A stretch of 64,000 nt of DNA from the NCBI RefSeq assembly GCF_009834535.1, contig NC_045696.1:77378001-77442000 (forward strand), given 5' to 3'. Below, piece by piece: positions 50,561 to 62,589 of this stretch. The stretch's first letter is position 1, and each line of letters opens with the position of its first letter. Under the pieces are notes generated by a model. It was not told the origin of the DNA and did no database searches. It saw only the letters and a list, made by a program, of their open reading frames with translations. The position numbers and the translations under genes are program-made. The DNA comes from Camelus ferus (Eukaryota).

Positions 50561-53500
50561 TTCATGCTCAGTGGCGTGGACCCACTGATGAATCTCATCG
50601 GTGAGAAATCACCTGATGCAAAGTCCTGGTGTGAGAGAGACATAGACAAGCACACATAATCATCAGTTTTATTTCTATTTCAGATGAGATTCAAAGGTTA
50701 TTGGTCACCAAACATGAAATATCTGATGGACATTCAATTGGAAAACAATGATCTTTGTATCATATAAATCAAAAGGACTCAATATGTATAGGGAGGATAT
50801 ATTAGACAAATACAAAATACAACTGCCAGAAAATAAGTAGATATTAGAGAGATTAATAAGCCTGGGAGATTTTTGGATTCTGGGTCATGGCTGATAAAGG
50901 TTAAAAGGGTTTTAACAAAATAGAGAGGCCACATGGGTAACAGCGGTACGGGGCAATGCATGTAGCACTCCCCTAAAGATCAGGGAGATCTTTAATATGG
51001 TGATAATAGAATTGATTGCACTTACATGAGATACGGTTTATTTTTCAGAAGCATTTTTCATCCTGAGAATGTTTTGATTGTTTCATTGTTTTTTTCTACT
51101 CACTGTTTTAAATTCTTCACTACTGTGACAAACTGACTCTCACATTTCATTTTGCTGTTGGAAAAGCGTATGAAAAAATATTTCTTCAAAATTTTCCTAG
51201 TGTACAGTGTAATTAAATAAATAAATTTAGAGACTTTCACACTGATGTAAATACAACTAATTTGGACGATAGGATAAGGTAGTTTTAAAATGAAAAACGC
51301 CATAAAAATATTTTTAAAGTGCTTAGATCAAATAGCCTCAGAATTTTATCAGTATAAAAAACACATGCACTGTAAAAATGTATTAAGTTCTTACTAACTT
51401 AAAAAAAAAATCTTGAGTTTGTCCTCAGGAAAAATCAACAGTGACTCCACTAAAATAACAAATGTATTCCTTGAAATAGGATGGTCCAAATCAGCATTTC
51501 TATGTCATACATCATCTCTCTTATTTTAATCTTGAGGTCATGATCTGGATAATAAATGATAACACTCTCAAGCTACAATGTTGTGTTATCTCTTTCATTT
51601 ATCTTCCTGCCTTCCCCCAGAGATACGTCAAGTATAGATGGTAGAAAAGCTGTTGCAATACTTGGTCGTACATGCTTGTTTCTTCCTTAAGCTACTTGTT
51701 GATTTGATAGATGGATATACAGCAAAAAGCTCTGCCTCTCACATTTTGGTAATCTTATAGGGGGAGGATACGAACATTTCTTCATATTACCATGACAATA
51801 AATACGCTAGGCTCAAACCTCATTCAGTGTAACTATATGGAAGAATTTCCTCTATTTTTATCATATCAATTACAGTACTCAGCAAGAAGAAACACTAAAT
51901 TTTCTATGAAAATATTATAGCTTTTTGGCACACAATAGCTGCATAATCTCTGAATGCTAAACAAGTAAATAAATCTATTTATATAAGATGCAAGAGCTTT
52001 TTCCTTTATGGCTCTTAACATAAGCATGCATAAACCCTTGGGAACTTAAAAATCTGGTCTAACTCTCAAAAATATAAAATTAAGAATAAAAAATAATCTG
52101 TTCTACATGTAAACTCATCTCTTTAATGATGTAGCCCATAAATCTGGAAGAACAGCTTCCTCATTATAAAAAAAAAATCAGCATAATCCCAACACTTGCA
52201 AAGTATAAATATAGCCAGAAATCTAATGCAATAGCAGTTTTAAAAAATCAAATTTTGCAAGTTTGATCCAATTCTGGTCTTTTAAAAAAGTTAAACACTA
52301 CTTAATAATAAGCTGCATGTTCTTGGAGTTTACATTTATACTCTATAGACATTGATACAAATACAAAGATACAAATATGTTTTACAATACATATGTATGT
52401 GATGGCGCTTATCTTTTACAGATATGGAAAGTTAAGGAAAACCAAATCATATACAAAATTAAAATGGCAGAAATATTTTAAAAATTTGTGGACTCTTTTA
52501 CCTTATTAAAACTATGATTAAACTAAAAAGATATAGTTACTTTTCTGTAGAGTTACAAACTAAAGTTACATTCTAAAATCCTCAGGAGGAGTTAATATAT
52601 ATGTGAAAATAAAGAAGAATTGAAAACAAGCTAAAATCTCTAATAATCAATTAACATAAGAATAAAATTGCTACAGGCCACGTCCAGTTGCTGAACAACA
52701 GAGTGGGCCACTCCACCAAGAAATTTTCTACCACTTGCCAATGCTCAACTCTGGATAAGTATGTGCAGGCCTTCAGCTAGGATGGCACAGGAGTGAACTC
52801 CACATGCTCTGAAAAATAAGTCTGGATAACTTGAAAGTTCCCTTACAATCCCACATTTCATGGCTGACTTTAAAATGTCAAAAGATCTAAACTTGTTTCT
52901 ATAGAATATGTATTCAAATACTGCATGCATGGTCAGCCTCCTCAGACGCTATCTGGTTCTAACTGCACAACACCCAGTGTGGTCACCACCAGGATCACGT
53001 ATGACCGAAACTGACAGGTAGTCGGTGCTCAGGTATTATTGTTCAAATGATGAATTTCACTTCCGAATTAGACCACTCTGTCATATAAAGTGAAAATGTG
53101 CTTTGACTATCAGGGTGACTTGAAAATTATACTAAACCACTGGACACAGAGGAAGTGCACTTGGAATATTTGGATGATGTAGCAAGTCCATCAGAGGAGG
53201 CAGTCATATTTCATTGCCCTACTGGAAGTTTCATCCATGGAGAATACTCAAGTCCCAAATATATTTTAATTAAAAATTAGTAAGTTAGATAAAATTGGCC
53301 ATCAAATTATTTAATTTTTTCCTACTCAGACAATTTTAATTTCTGAGTGACTTTAAAAAACAAACATAAGCCTAAATTCAAAAATACCTTTTTGCTAAAA
53401 TACCTTTATAGACATATGGTATGTCTAAATTAGATAATTCTCTAAACAATTCACCTGAACAATTGGAAATATTGACTTGTCTCCCCCTATATTATCTCAA

Positions 53501-54309
53501 ACAACCGATTTTCTCAGTCAATAAAAACTTCAAAATTAAATCAGAAAGTATTACTAAAATTTATTTTACTTATTTGATCTTACATCAGAATAAATGAATC
53601 AATCTGCAATCAATCGACACTCAAGTTTCCATAAATATTTCTTGGTTCATAAAGACTTCCCCCTACCCCAGGCAGGAATTTAAAAATAAATAAAATAAAA
53701 CAATAAAATAAAATAAAAACTCTGGATTCTGAATATCCTGCTCAAAAATGTGTGAAACCCCCACAGCCCAATGAAGTCAATGATACTATGAATTCCTATA
53801 AAATTACATATATAGCAAGATTCCTGACCCATCTTTTCACTGAAACAATCAGTAGGTAAATTAAAGAGCATTATGACAGTTTTATTTTATAATTTTAATT
53901 TCTTATCTAAAAATTACTGATTGGGAAATAGAAAAATAAATCAAAGTCAAAGATCAGATATTTTCTGCACTTTGTGATTATAACCAGTGTCCCAGCTTTC
54001 TCTGAAGACTCCTTTTCCTGGTGCCTTTCCCTTCTACCCCATTGTCTTTCTAGGTTTAAATCCCAGAGAATTGTGTTTTAAACACCTATATGGTAAAGAC
54101 TGAACTGTTTTTAGTTTCAATTCTCTAAGAACTCCAGACTCATTGATGTACTACGTAAATAATATCATATTCTGTAATATAAGATGTTAATGATATTCTT
54201 CTTAAACTCCTTTCGTCGTTTCATGAAACAGCACCCCACGTATCTCCTTTCTTAAAAAGCTCTTGAATTATCTGAACCTGCCATCCTCTTTGGCCTTTAA
54301 TAAATTATC

Positions 54310-54680
54310 CCCCTAACCTCCAGGCACACTTGCCTACTTTCTGCTCAGCGTGACAGTGACACATAGCAAAGGTATTCTAACTTAATGGCTCTTTCACTAA
54401 CTTTTTATTTTGCCTGTCGTGATGTTCTTCCAATCTTTACATGGCTATTTTCTCCTTATCATTCACAGTCTAGATTAAATGTCACCACCTCACAGAGACC
54501 ATCCTACAAGACATGATCCTGCTTTAATTCTTTGCTCTACTGTCACACTGACACCATTCCATGTATTTACATTTTGGTGGGTGGATGGGGGAGGAAACGC
54601 CTTCTGTTTACTTTGTCTTTTTCAAAGTATCTCTAGGACCAATTGGACCAAAGTCTCAATAAATATTCATTGTTTGACTA
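54310..54680 (+). mobile_element. L2 3' fragment
   Basis: ttaaatgtcaccacctcacagagacc...tctcaataaatattcattg. Confidence 0.65.
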
Positions 54681-57367
54681 GTAACTATTATTAATTGTAT
54701 TTAAGTTCTAATTCCAAACAACCCATTAGACAGTGTTTTTTTCCCCCAAACTGATTTATTGCAGACTTAACTTTTAGCATATTTAATCTTTATCAGTTCA
54801 TTCATTCAACAGATGTGTGTTGAGTGGCTGCCCTCTGAAGTACATGGCAGGTCATTCTAAATTTTCGAGTTGCTAGTTGAACCTGAGGTTTTGAAATTGA
54901 AAACCAGATGCTAAGAAATGGAACTACTTTTGCTGCTAGTTTTTCCCTTCTCTTGAAATGCTTGCTATGTTAGTCTTTTTTTTTTTTTTTCTTTTAATCT
55001 CTCTAATCATTCATGCTTTGGCTAAGTTCCTAAGAGCTAAAATTGCCTTCAAGGACAATTTATTTTAAGGTCATACCTGACCAGCTTCATTCATGTAGGA
55101 GATGTCAGTTATGTTCTTTACAATTTCCTTTTGGAAGATTTGACAAGCACCACTAATATGCAAATTACATATATTTAGTTGTGGAATTAAAGCAGTATTG
55201 ATGTGCATATTTGCTTTTTTTTGAGCAATTATTAATTTTTTCAAACAGTATCTCCATATTTTATAATCAGCAACTTTTTTGGTGTACATTTTTATTAAAC
55301 GTCTTGCTTATTTATTTCAGTTTTTCTTTAATTCAATTCTTCATTTCACTGATACTTAGATGTTTAGTATATTTTAGAATGTATTGAAACTATCTTACAA
55401 AGTAGTTTAAGTAGTTTGTCTTGGAAAATCTGGACTTAAGACAAATAAGAACTGCCCCCAATGCCAATCAGTGGGTTGGAGTGTTTGTCAAACCATTTGT
55501 AACATAATGAAACAACTTACATGAACAGAATTAAAATTTTATTCTTGGAAAAAATCAAATATGGAAACAGTTTAAATCAAACATTTTAGCATTATGTATA
55601 CCACAGAAAATAAATCTATCTAGGAAAGTTATGCTGAGACAAATATCTTTTTGCCATCTTACTAACTCCTGGGAGCCTGCCTAGCCCACATCTGACCATT
55701 TCGCAAACAGCATTCCCTTCCTTATGAAAACTTACCCTCTTTAAAATATAATACCTTGAAGAAAGCAAAAAACTCATAGCAGTAAACATTGCGTAAAGCA
55801 CAATGGAACATGAATATTAAAGTACTCGTGATTGCAGGTAAAGCAAATTTGAAATGGAAAACTTACCTTGTTACTAGTCATTTGGGCTGTACGTACATAA
55901 CATTTAAACAAATTAGCCAGTTTTATTACAAAACACCAAACAACTTGATTTCCATTTGTTGCTACTGCTGCTGCTGCTGTTTCATTAACTGAACTCTTTT
56001 TGGTCTGAATCAATGTATTCTCTTGCTGTTGTGTAGAAACGTTCTTCATGTTGGCTATGGGCATTCAATGGCAAAACAAACAACAAAACTGAGAAGAAAA
56101 ATGACTGTAGCACAGATTTTGAGAAACATATTTTCCTGCTCACTGATCTCCTTTTATCTCCTGCCCATATGTTTCTGTGTTGCAGTTTTATCTCTTCCAC
56201 ACTTACGGAATGCTTTGGCAGGGAAAATGAATTCTGATGAGACAGTCTTGGTGTTACTCCAGAACATTTTTAAGAATTTCAGATACCAAACATAGGACCT
56301 GCATTGCTATGTATTGCAAGGATTTAACCTCCGCTTGTCAACCGACTGGCTTGTTTGTTTGATACGTGTGATTTTGCGATGTGTGTTTATAAATGCTCAG
56401 TGATTCAATTGTGTTATTACTATCTGACAGATTTTGACCAAACCATAAGCTCATTTTTTCAAAATGCACTATGTTGGGCTAAATGAAGTATTTCTCAATG
56501 TATGAGAAGAGAGAAAAGTTACGTATCATGGGAGTATATGCAAGTACACTTCAACTATAGGGCCAGATAAAGAGCAGCCGTGCACGTCAAGTTGTATAAT
56601 GCTGGTAACAGTGATAGTACCATTAGCACACTAACCCCGGGTGCCCACAAGAGGGAAGCTTGTTTTATTTTTTCTCTCAATATAACGTCTTGTACAGATA
56701 ATTTGCGTACATTAGTATGTCAGTGAGCTTCACCTTTCCAGAGAATACAAAATTTGTTCTCTCTCATGTTGGAAAACAGATATTTGTGTCTATGTATACA
56801 TTTAGACAGTCCTGAGTAATGGAAGACATATTACTGTCATTCCCTTCTCTGTCTTGCTCTCTCTGTCTCTGTATCTCTCTCTCAAATGCTCTCTTTCTGT
56901 TGCCGTCCTTGGAATCTCTGTTTTGCTTACTTCCACTCTCACTCTCACGCAGACTAGAAGTTGTTCCTGGAAGATATCGGAAGAAGAGTTGGAAGAAGCA
57001 GCATTTATTTCAACAAACATTTATGAAGCACATACTAGGTACCACCCACTAAACTCCTCCATTTATTCACACTCACTACTGTGGAAATATGCATAGCAAT
57101 GACAGACAGTTCTCATAAAGCCTCACTACTTACGCCATTACCGTGCTTTTCTATATGAACTACCTTGCATTTTGTGAAGCTACAAAGTTACATTTAATAT
57201 GCAAGGTCTATGTTACAGTTCTGTTCCATATGTAGGGGCCTTATTCGTCTTCTGTTCATTTTCTATTTAAGAGTTGCAAGTATACAAGAAAATTTGTCTC
57301 ATTAATAAAAAATGTGGAGACTTAGGATAAGCACATATTTGTTTAATTTAACTATTTTTATTAGTTC

Positions 57368-60300
57368 TTTTTCTTTTCATTTTTTTCCTTTTTTAAAATT
57401 GAAGTATAGTCGGTTTACAATGTTGTGTTAATTTCTAGTGTACAGCATAATGTTTCAGTCATACGTATACATACACGTATCCATTTTCATATTCTGTTTC
57501 ATTATAGGTTACTGTAAGGTATTGAATATAGTTCCCTATGCTATACAGAAGACACTTGTTTATTTTATATGTAGTAGTTAGTATCTGTAAATCTTGAACT
57601 CCCAATTTATCCCTTCCCACCCTCTTTCCCCCTAGTAACCATAAATCTGTTTTCTATGTCTGTGAGTCTGTTTCTGTTTTGTAAATAAGTTTATTTGCAT
57701 CTTTATTTTTTTGATTCCACATGTGAGTGATAAATCATACGGCATTTTTCTTTCTCTTTCTGGCTTACTTCGCTTAGAATGACAATCTCCAGGACGATAT
57801 TTATTGCTGCAAATGGCATTATTTTATAGTATTCTGTTATATAAACATACCACAACTTCTTTATCCAATCATCTTTCAATGTATATTTAGGTTGTTTCCA
57901 TGTCTTGGCTATTGTAAATAATACTGCTATGAACATTGGGGTGCATGTATCTTTTCAAATTAGAGTTCCCTCTTGATATATGCCCAGAAATGGGATTGCT
58001 GGATCATATGGTAAGTCTGTTTTCAGTCTTTTGAGGAATCTCCATACTGTTTTCCATAATGACTGCACCGAACTACATTCCCACCAACAGTGTAGGAGGG
58101 TTCCCTTTTCTCCACACTCTCTTCGGCATTTATTGTTTGTAGACTTTTTAATGATGGCCATTTTGATCGGTGTGAGGTAGCACGTCATTGTAGTTTTGAT
58201 TTGCATTTCTCTGATAATTAGTGATATTGGACATTTTTTCATTTGCCTATTGGCCATTTATATGTCTTCATTGGAAAATTGCTTGTTTAGGTCAAGGCCA
58301 AAAATGGGCTGGGTTGTTTGGGGTTTTTTGTTGTTGTTAAGTTGTATAAGCTGTTTATATATTCTGAAAATTAAGCCCTTGTCAGTCACATCATTTGGAA
58401 ATATTTTCTCCCATTCTGTAGGTGGTTGTTCTGTTTTGCTTACAGTTTCCTTTGTTGTGCAAGAGCTTGTAAGTTTAATTGAGTCCCATTTGTTTATTTT
58501 TGCTTTTATTTCTACTGTCTGGGTAGATTACCCTAGGAGAACATTGCTAAGATTTATGCCAGAGAATGTTCTGCCTATGTTTCTTCTAGGAGGTTTATAG
58601 TGTTTTGTCTATGTTTAAATCTTTTATTCATTTTGAGTTTATTTTTGTGTATGGTGTGAGGGAGTGTTCTGACTTCATTGATTTACATGCTGCTATCCAG
58701 TTTTCCCAACACCATTTGCTGAAGAGACTGTCTTTTCTCCACTATGTATTTTTGCCTCCTTTGTTAAATATTAATTGACCATAGGTCTGTGGGTTTATTT
58801 CTGGGCTCTCTGTTCTGTTCTATTGATTCATATGTCTGTTTTTGTGCTGATACCATGCTGTTTTGATTACTACTCCTGCTTTCTTGCCATTTCCACTTGC
58901 ATGAAATATCTTTTTCCATCCTCTCACTTTCAATCGACGTGTCCTTCACCCTAAAGTGGGTTTCTTATATGCAGCATGTTGTAGGCTCTTGGTGTGTTAT
59001 CTAATCTGCCACTCTGTGTCTTTTGATTGGAGTATGTAGTCCATTGACATTTACAGTAATTATTGATAGATTTTTTTTATTGCCATTTTAAACTTTGCTT
59101 TCCAGTTGATTTGGTATTTCTTTTTTGTTCCTTTCTTTTTCTTTTTGTGTTTCTTTTTGGTTTGATAGCTTTCTTTTATATTAGCCTGGTTTCTTTTTGT
59201 TTTTTGTGACTCTTATTATATGCTTTTGATTTCTGGTAACCCTGTTTTTCAAGTATGTTAACCCCTTACTGTTTCTGTTTGCTTTAGCCTGGTAGTCATG
59301 TAGACTCAAACAAATTCTAAGAAGAACAAAAAGAAAATCTGCATTTTATTGCTCCCCTCTCCCATATTTTATCATTTTGATGTCCTCTTGTACAACTTCA
59401 TGTTTATTCTCTTGCAGCTCATTGTAGTTATTGCATTTCCAATTATGGTTTTCTTTTTTCTATAGGTTCCTGCTTCTTTTCTATTTGGAGAAGACCTTAC
59501 TATATTTCTTTCAGGATCAGTTTTGTATTGCTGTATTCTTTTAGTTTTTGCTTGTCTGTGAAATTCTTTTATCGCTCCTATTTTAAAGGATAGTCTTGCT
59601 GGGTAGAATATCTTAGTTTACAGCTTTTTCTCAGTCAGGACTTTGAATATACCTTGCCACTCTCTTTTAGCCAGCAGTGTTAGTGTAGAGAAATGAGCTG
59701 GGGGTTTCCTTGTAATTAACTCTTTGGTTTTCTCTTGCTGCCTTCAGAATCTTTTCTTTATCTCTAACTTTGGACATCTTAATTATAGTATGTCTTGGTG
59801 TAGGTCTGTTTGAGCTCATCTTGTTTTGGACTCTCTGTGCTTCCTGTACTTGACTATCTGATTCATTCTTTAGGTTTGTGAAGTTTTCAGTCATGATTTC
59901 CTCAAATACCTTTTCAATCCCCTTTTATCTTTCTTCTCCTTCTGGGGCCCCTATTATGCGTAGGTTGGCAAGCTTCATATTATCCCATAGATTTCTCATA
60001 TTGCTTTCATTTGCTTTCCTGTCTGTGGATGATTTCTACTATCCTGTCTTCTATATCACTTTTTCTTTCTTCTGCATTATTTAGTCTACTTTTACTGCCC
60101 TTAGGTCAGCTTTTAAATCTGCAATTGAGTTTTCTGATTTTAATTGGCTTCTCTTTGTAGTTTCTATTTCCTTTTTATAGTATTTTGCATTTCTGTTGAT
60201 AGTCTCTTGTGTTTCCTTCAGCGCTTTTATCACCTACTTTTTGAAGTCATGATTTAGTAGACTGATGAGGTCTATTTTATTGTTTGTTCCTTCGGGGGAC

Positions 60301-61593
60301 TTCTCTTGTTCCTTTCATTGGGAGTGGTTCCTCTGCTTCTTCATTTTACTTGTATTTCTCTGATTCTATGAATTTAGGAATAATAGTTGTCTACTGTGGT
60401 CTTAAAGGGACTTTTTTTTTTAAGTGGGAGCATCCCTGTATAGACTGTGTGTCTATAATGATTTTATCACATGGGCTGTTTTCAGTGCGGATTGTTGCCA
60501 TGTCCTTCTCCATGTGTGCTGGCTGTTATCCCCTCGATTGGGGGTGTGGCAGATCTGCCATCGGGAGGCACTAGGGCCCACCATAGAGCACATGCAGTCA
60601 CACACCTGGATCCACTGTGCACCACGAGATCAGCCCAGAGCCCAGGCCTACATTTGCATATGGTAGGCAGGCCTGCTGTTAACGTCAGACCTACCCCCGC
60701 CATATGCCAGAACTCCGCTCATTTGTCTCAGGGGTGCAGGTCCACAAAAGCAGCGGTGGAGCCACCGCTGCCTGTGACTACAATCAAATCTCAGTTCTGC
60801 CTTCAGAGTTGCAGCATCCTGGGTATGGATTCGGGTCTCAGCCCCACCTCTGCCCAGGAGCCATGCACCAGTGATTGTGCCCCTCTGTAGCAATCTGAGA
60901 AGATGACTGTGTCAGAACCCCGCCTCTCTTGTCATGAGAACTTGTGCCAACAGTGGTGCAGAGCAGTGTGCTTTGGGCTGGTAGAGACTGCTGCTATGGC
61001 TGGGCTGCATTGTGTCCCTCCTCCCATGTGCACCAGCACTGGTGCTGTCTATGGTGGGACCCAGGCTGATTTGAGCTCTCTCCCAGGCTCATCCTACACC
61101 ACACATCAGCCACCTGAGGCTGCCTCTGCGTAGTCAGCCCCAGTCCTCTCCCCAGCTTATCTGTGGAAATCCAAGCTCCAGCAGCCCAGCCTGGCCCATC
61201 CCTGCTGGCTAGTATTTCAGGCCAAGAATCACAGTGTTCCTCTGTGTTGCTTTCTCTTAAGTTCTGTCTGCCAAGCAGCTGCGGCTTTGTCCCCCAAGCC
61301 TCTGAAGCTCCTTTTCTGTTCCTGCTGACCTCCCCACTGGATAGGGGCTTCCCAGGGTGAGGATGTTTTCCCCTTCTTTGCCACTTCCTCCCCAGGGGAT
61401 AGGTCCTGAACTGATTTCCTTTTTTTACCTACCTGTTTTTGTGAAGATTTTTCTTGTATTTCTGAAATAAGAGAGATTCTGCCCAAGTTCAGTAGGTATT
61501 TTGTGTAGATTGTTCCCTATGTGGATGTAGTTTTTGATGTATTCATAGGAGAGGATGAGCTATGCATCTACTCTACCATCGTGGCAATCTCCC
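57368..61593 (-). mobile_element. L1 with both termini and an internally deleted ORF2 (4.2 kb, non-autonomous structure)
   Basis: 5' start GGGAGATTGCCACGATGGTAGAGTAG at 61593; GC-rich 5' UTR; ORF1 ATG ~60344 (MKKQRNHSQ; later QEAQRVQNKMSSNRPTPRHTIIKM); ORF2 ATG ~59086; Cys-rich [18 protein letters not shown]; 3' UTR and T-rich tail to ~57368; weak TSD tattagttc (57359-57367) / tattagcatc (61594-61603). Confidence 0.95.
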
Positions 61594-62069
61594 TATTAGC
61601 ATCTCTCTGTTACTTCTTTTTGTGATTTTTTTTTTTTAATCTTCTCAGTTTTTGTCTCTTTACCAATTTCTTTGCTATATCATGCTCTCTTTCTCCCTCA
61701 GGGAAATTCCTGAGTTTTGATGAGACTTTTAAAACTTCATTGGCTATAATAGATATTTTCTTCTCAAAAAATTATTTATAATACTAGCACATTTTATTTA
61801 GAACTATTATAGCTTTATCTTTGTAATTGCTAAAATTTTAGAATCACAGTTTATTTCACGGTAAATATGGGAAATGTGACAAACTCCATAGATGCTGCAT
61901 ACCGTACTCCTAGGTACTCACAGTATACATTGTTCTGAAATCTCAGTTTTTGTGGGAAAGAGAGTGTTTTATTCAATGGACATTGCGTATTCTGTAATAG
62001 CTCACACTTCTCTCTTTGCCTTGGTCTTTATGAAACTCAAAAATGAACATGTATAGATTAAAACCATCA

Positions 62070-62551
62070 AAAGAAGAGCACACAGGATAGAGTGTAGGAG
62101 GCTTTCAAACATGAAGCTTCCAATTATCTGCTCCTGTGGGGTCAGGATAGCATTACTCTCCAGCATTGGTGTGTGACAAGAAGGGAAAGGGGTTGCCAAC
62201 CATAGGAGTTCACCGAAGCCTTAATGTTCAGAGGGTTTTTTTTTTCTTTTAATTGGAGTTCCATCATGTGGGCATGATTAATTGCCCATATGGCTGATCT
62301 TGATCTCTAGTCCCTCTAGTTTTCAACTGATACCACAAAACCTGAAGCCCCACCCTAAATCACATTGTGAGTGTTCCTAGCATAGCCAGCCCCCACCCTA
62401 AGTCATATTGTTTGACTGATGACCCAAAGCCACCAGAAAAACAAAGACACTTCTAGAAAGAATGACATTCCAAAGGCTTAGAGATTATCTCTCAGAAGCC
62501 AAAGATGAGAGTCAGACCACCTGGGGACAAGGTTAAATTCTTTACTACACA
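62070..62551 (-). mobile_element. ERVL-type LTR (MER21C-like)
   Basis: caaacatgaagcttcca, ggcatgattaattgccca, aaacaaagacact...gacattccaaaggcttagagatta...caaggttaaattctttactacaca. Confidence 0.75.
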
Positions 62552-62589
62552 AGAATAAAGAGCTAAGTTCTACTTTCCATAAAATTTAT

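Noticed and set aside
60284..61486. Cluster of 65-139 aa ORFs on both strands, considered as a gene or L1 ORF0 analogue
   Set aside because: They lie in or beside the GC-rich L1 5' UTR, where stop codons are scarce; no recognisable domains
4211..61593. Idea that the ORF1-less L1 and the EN/RT-less L1 form a complementing two-part system
   Set aside because: Both are riddled with stops and frameshifts, the RT FADD motif is degraded, they are diverged from each other and ~50 kb apart; co-occurrence is expected in L1-dense DNA
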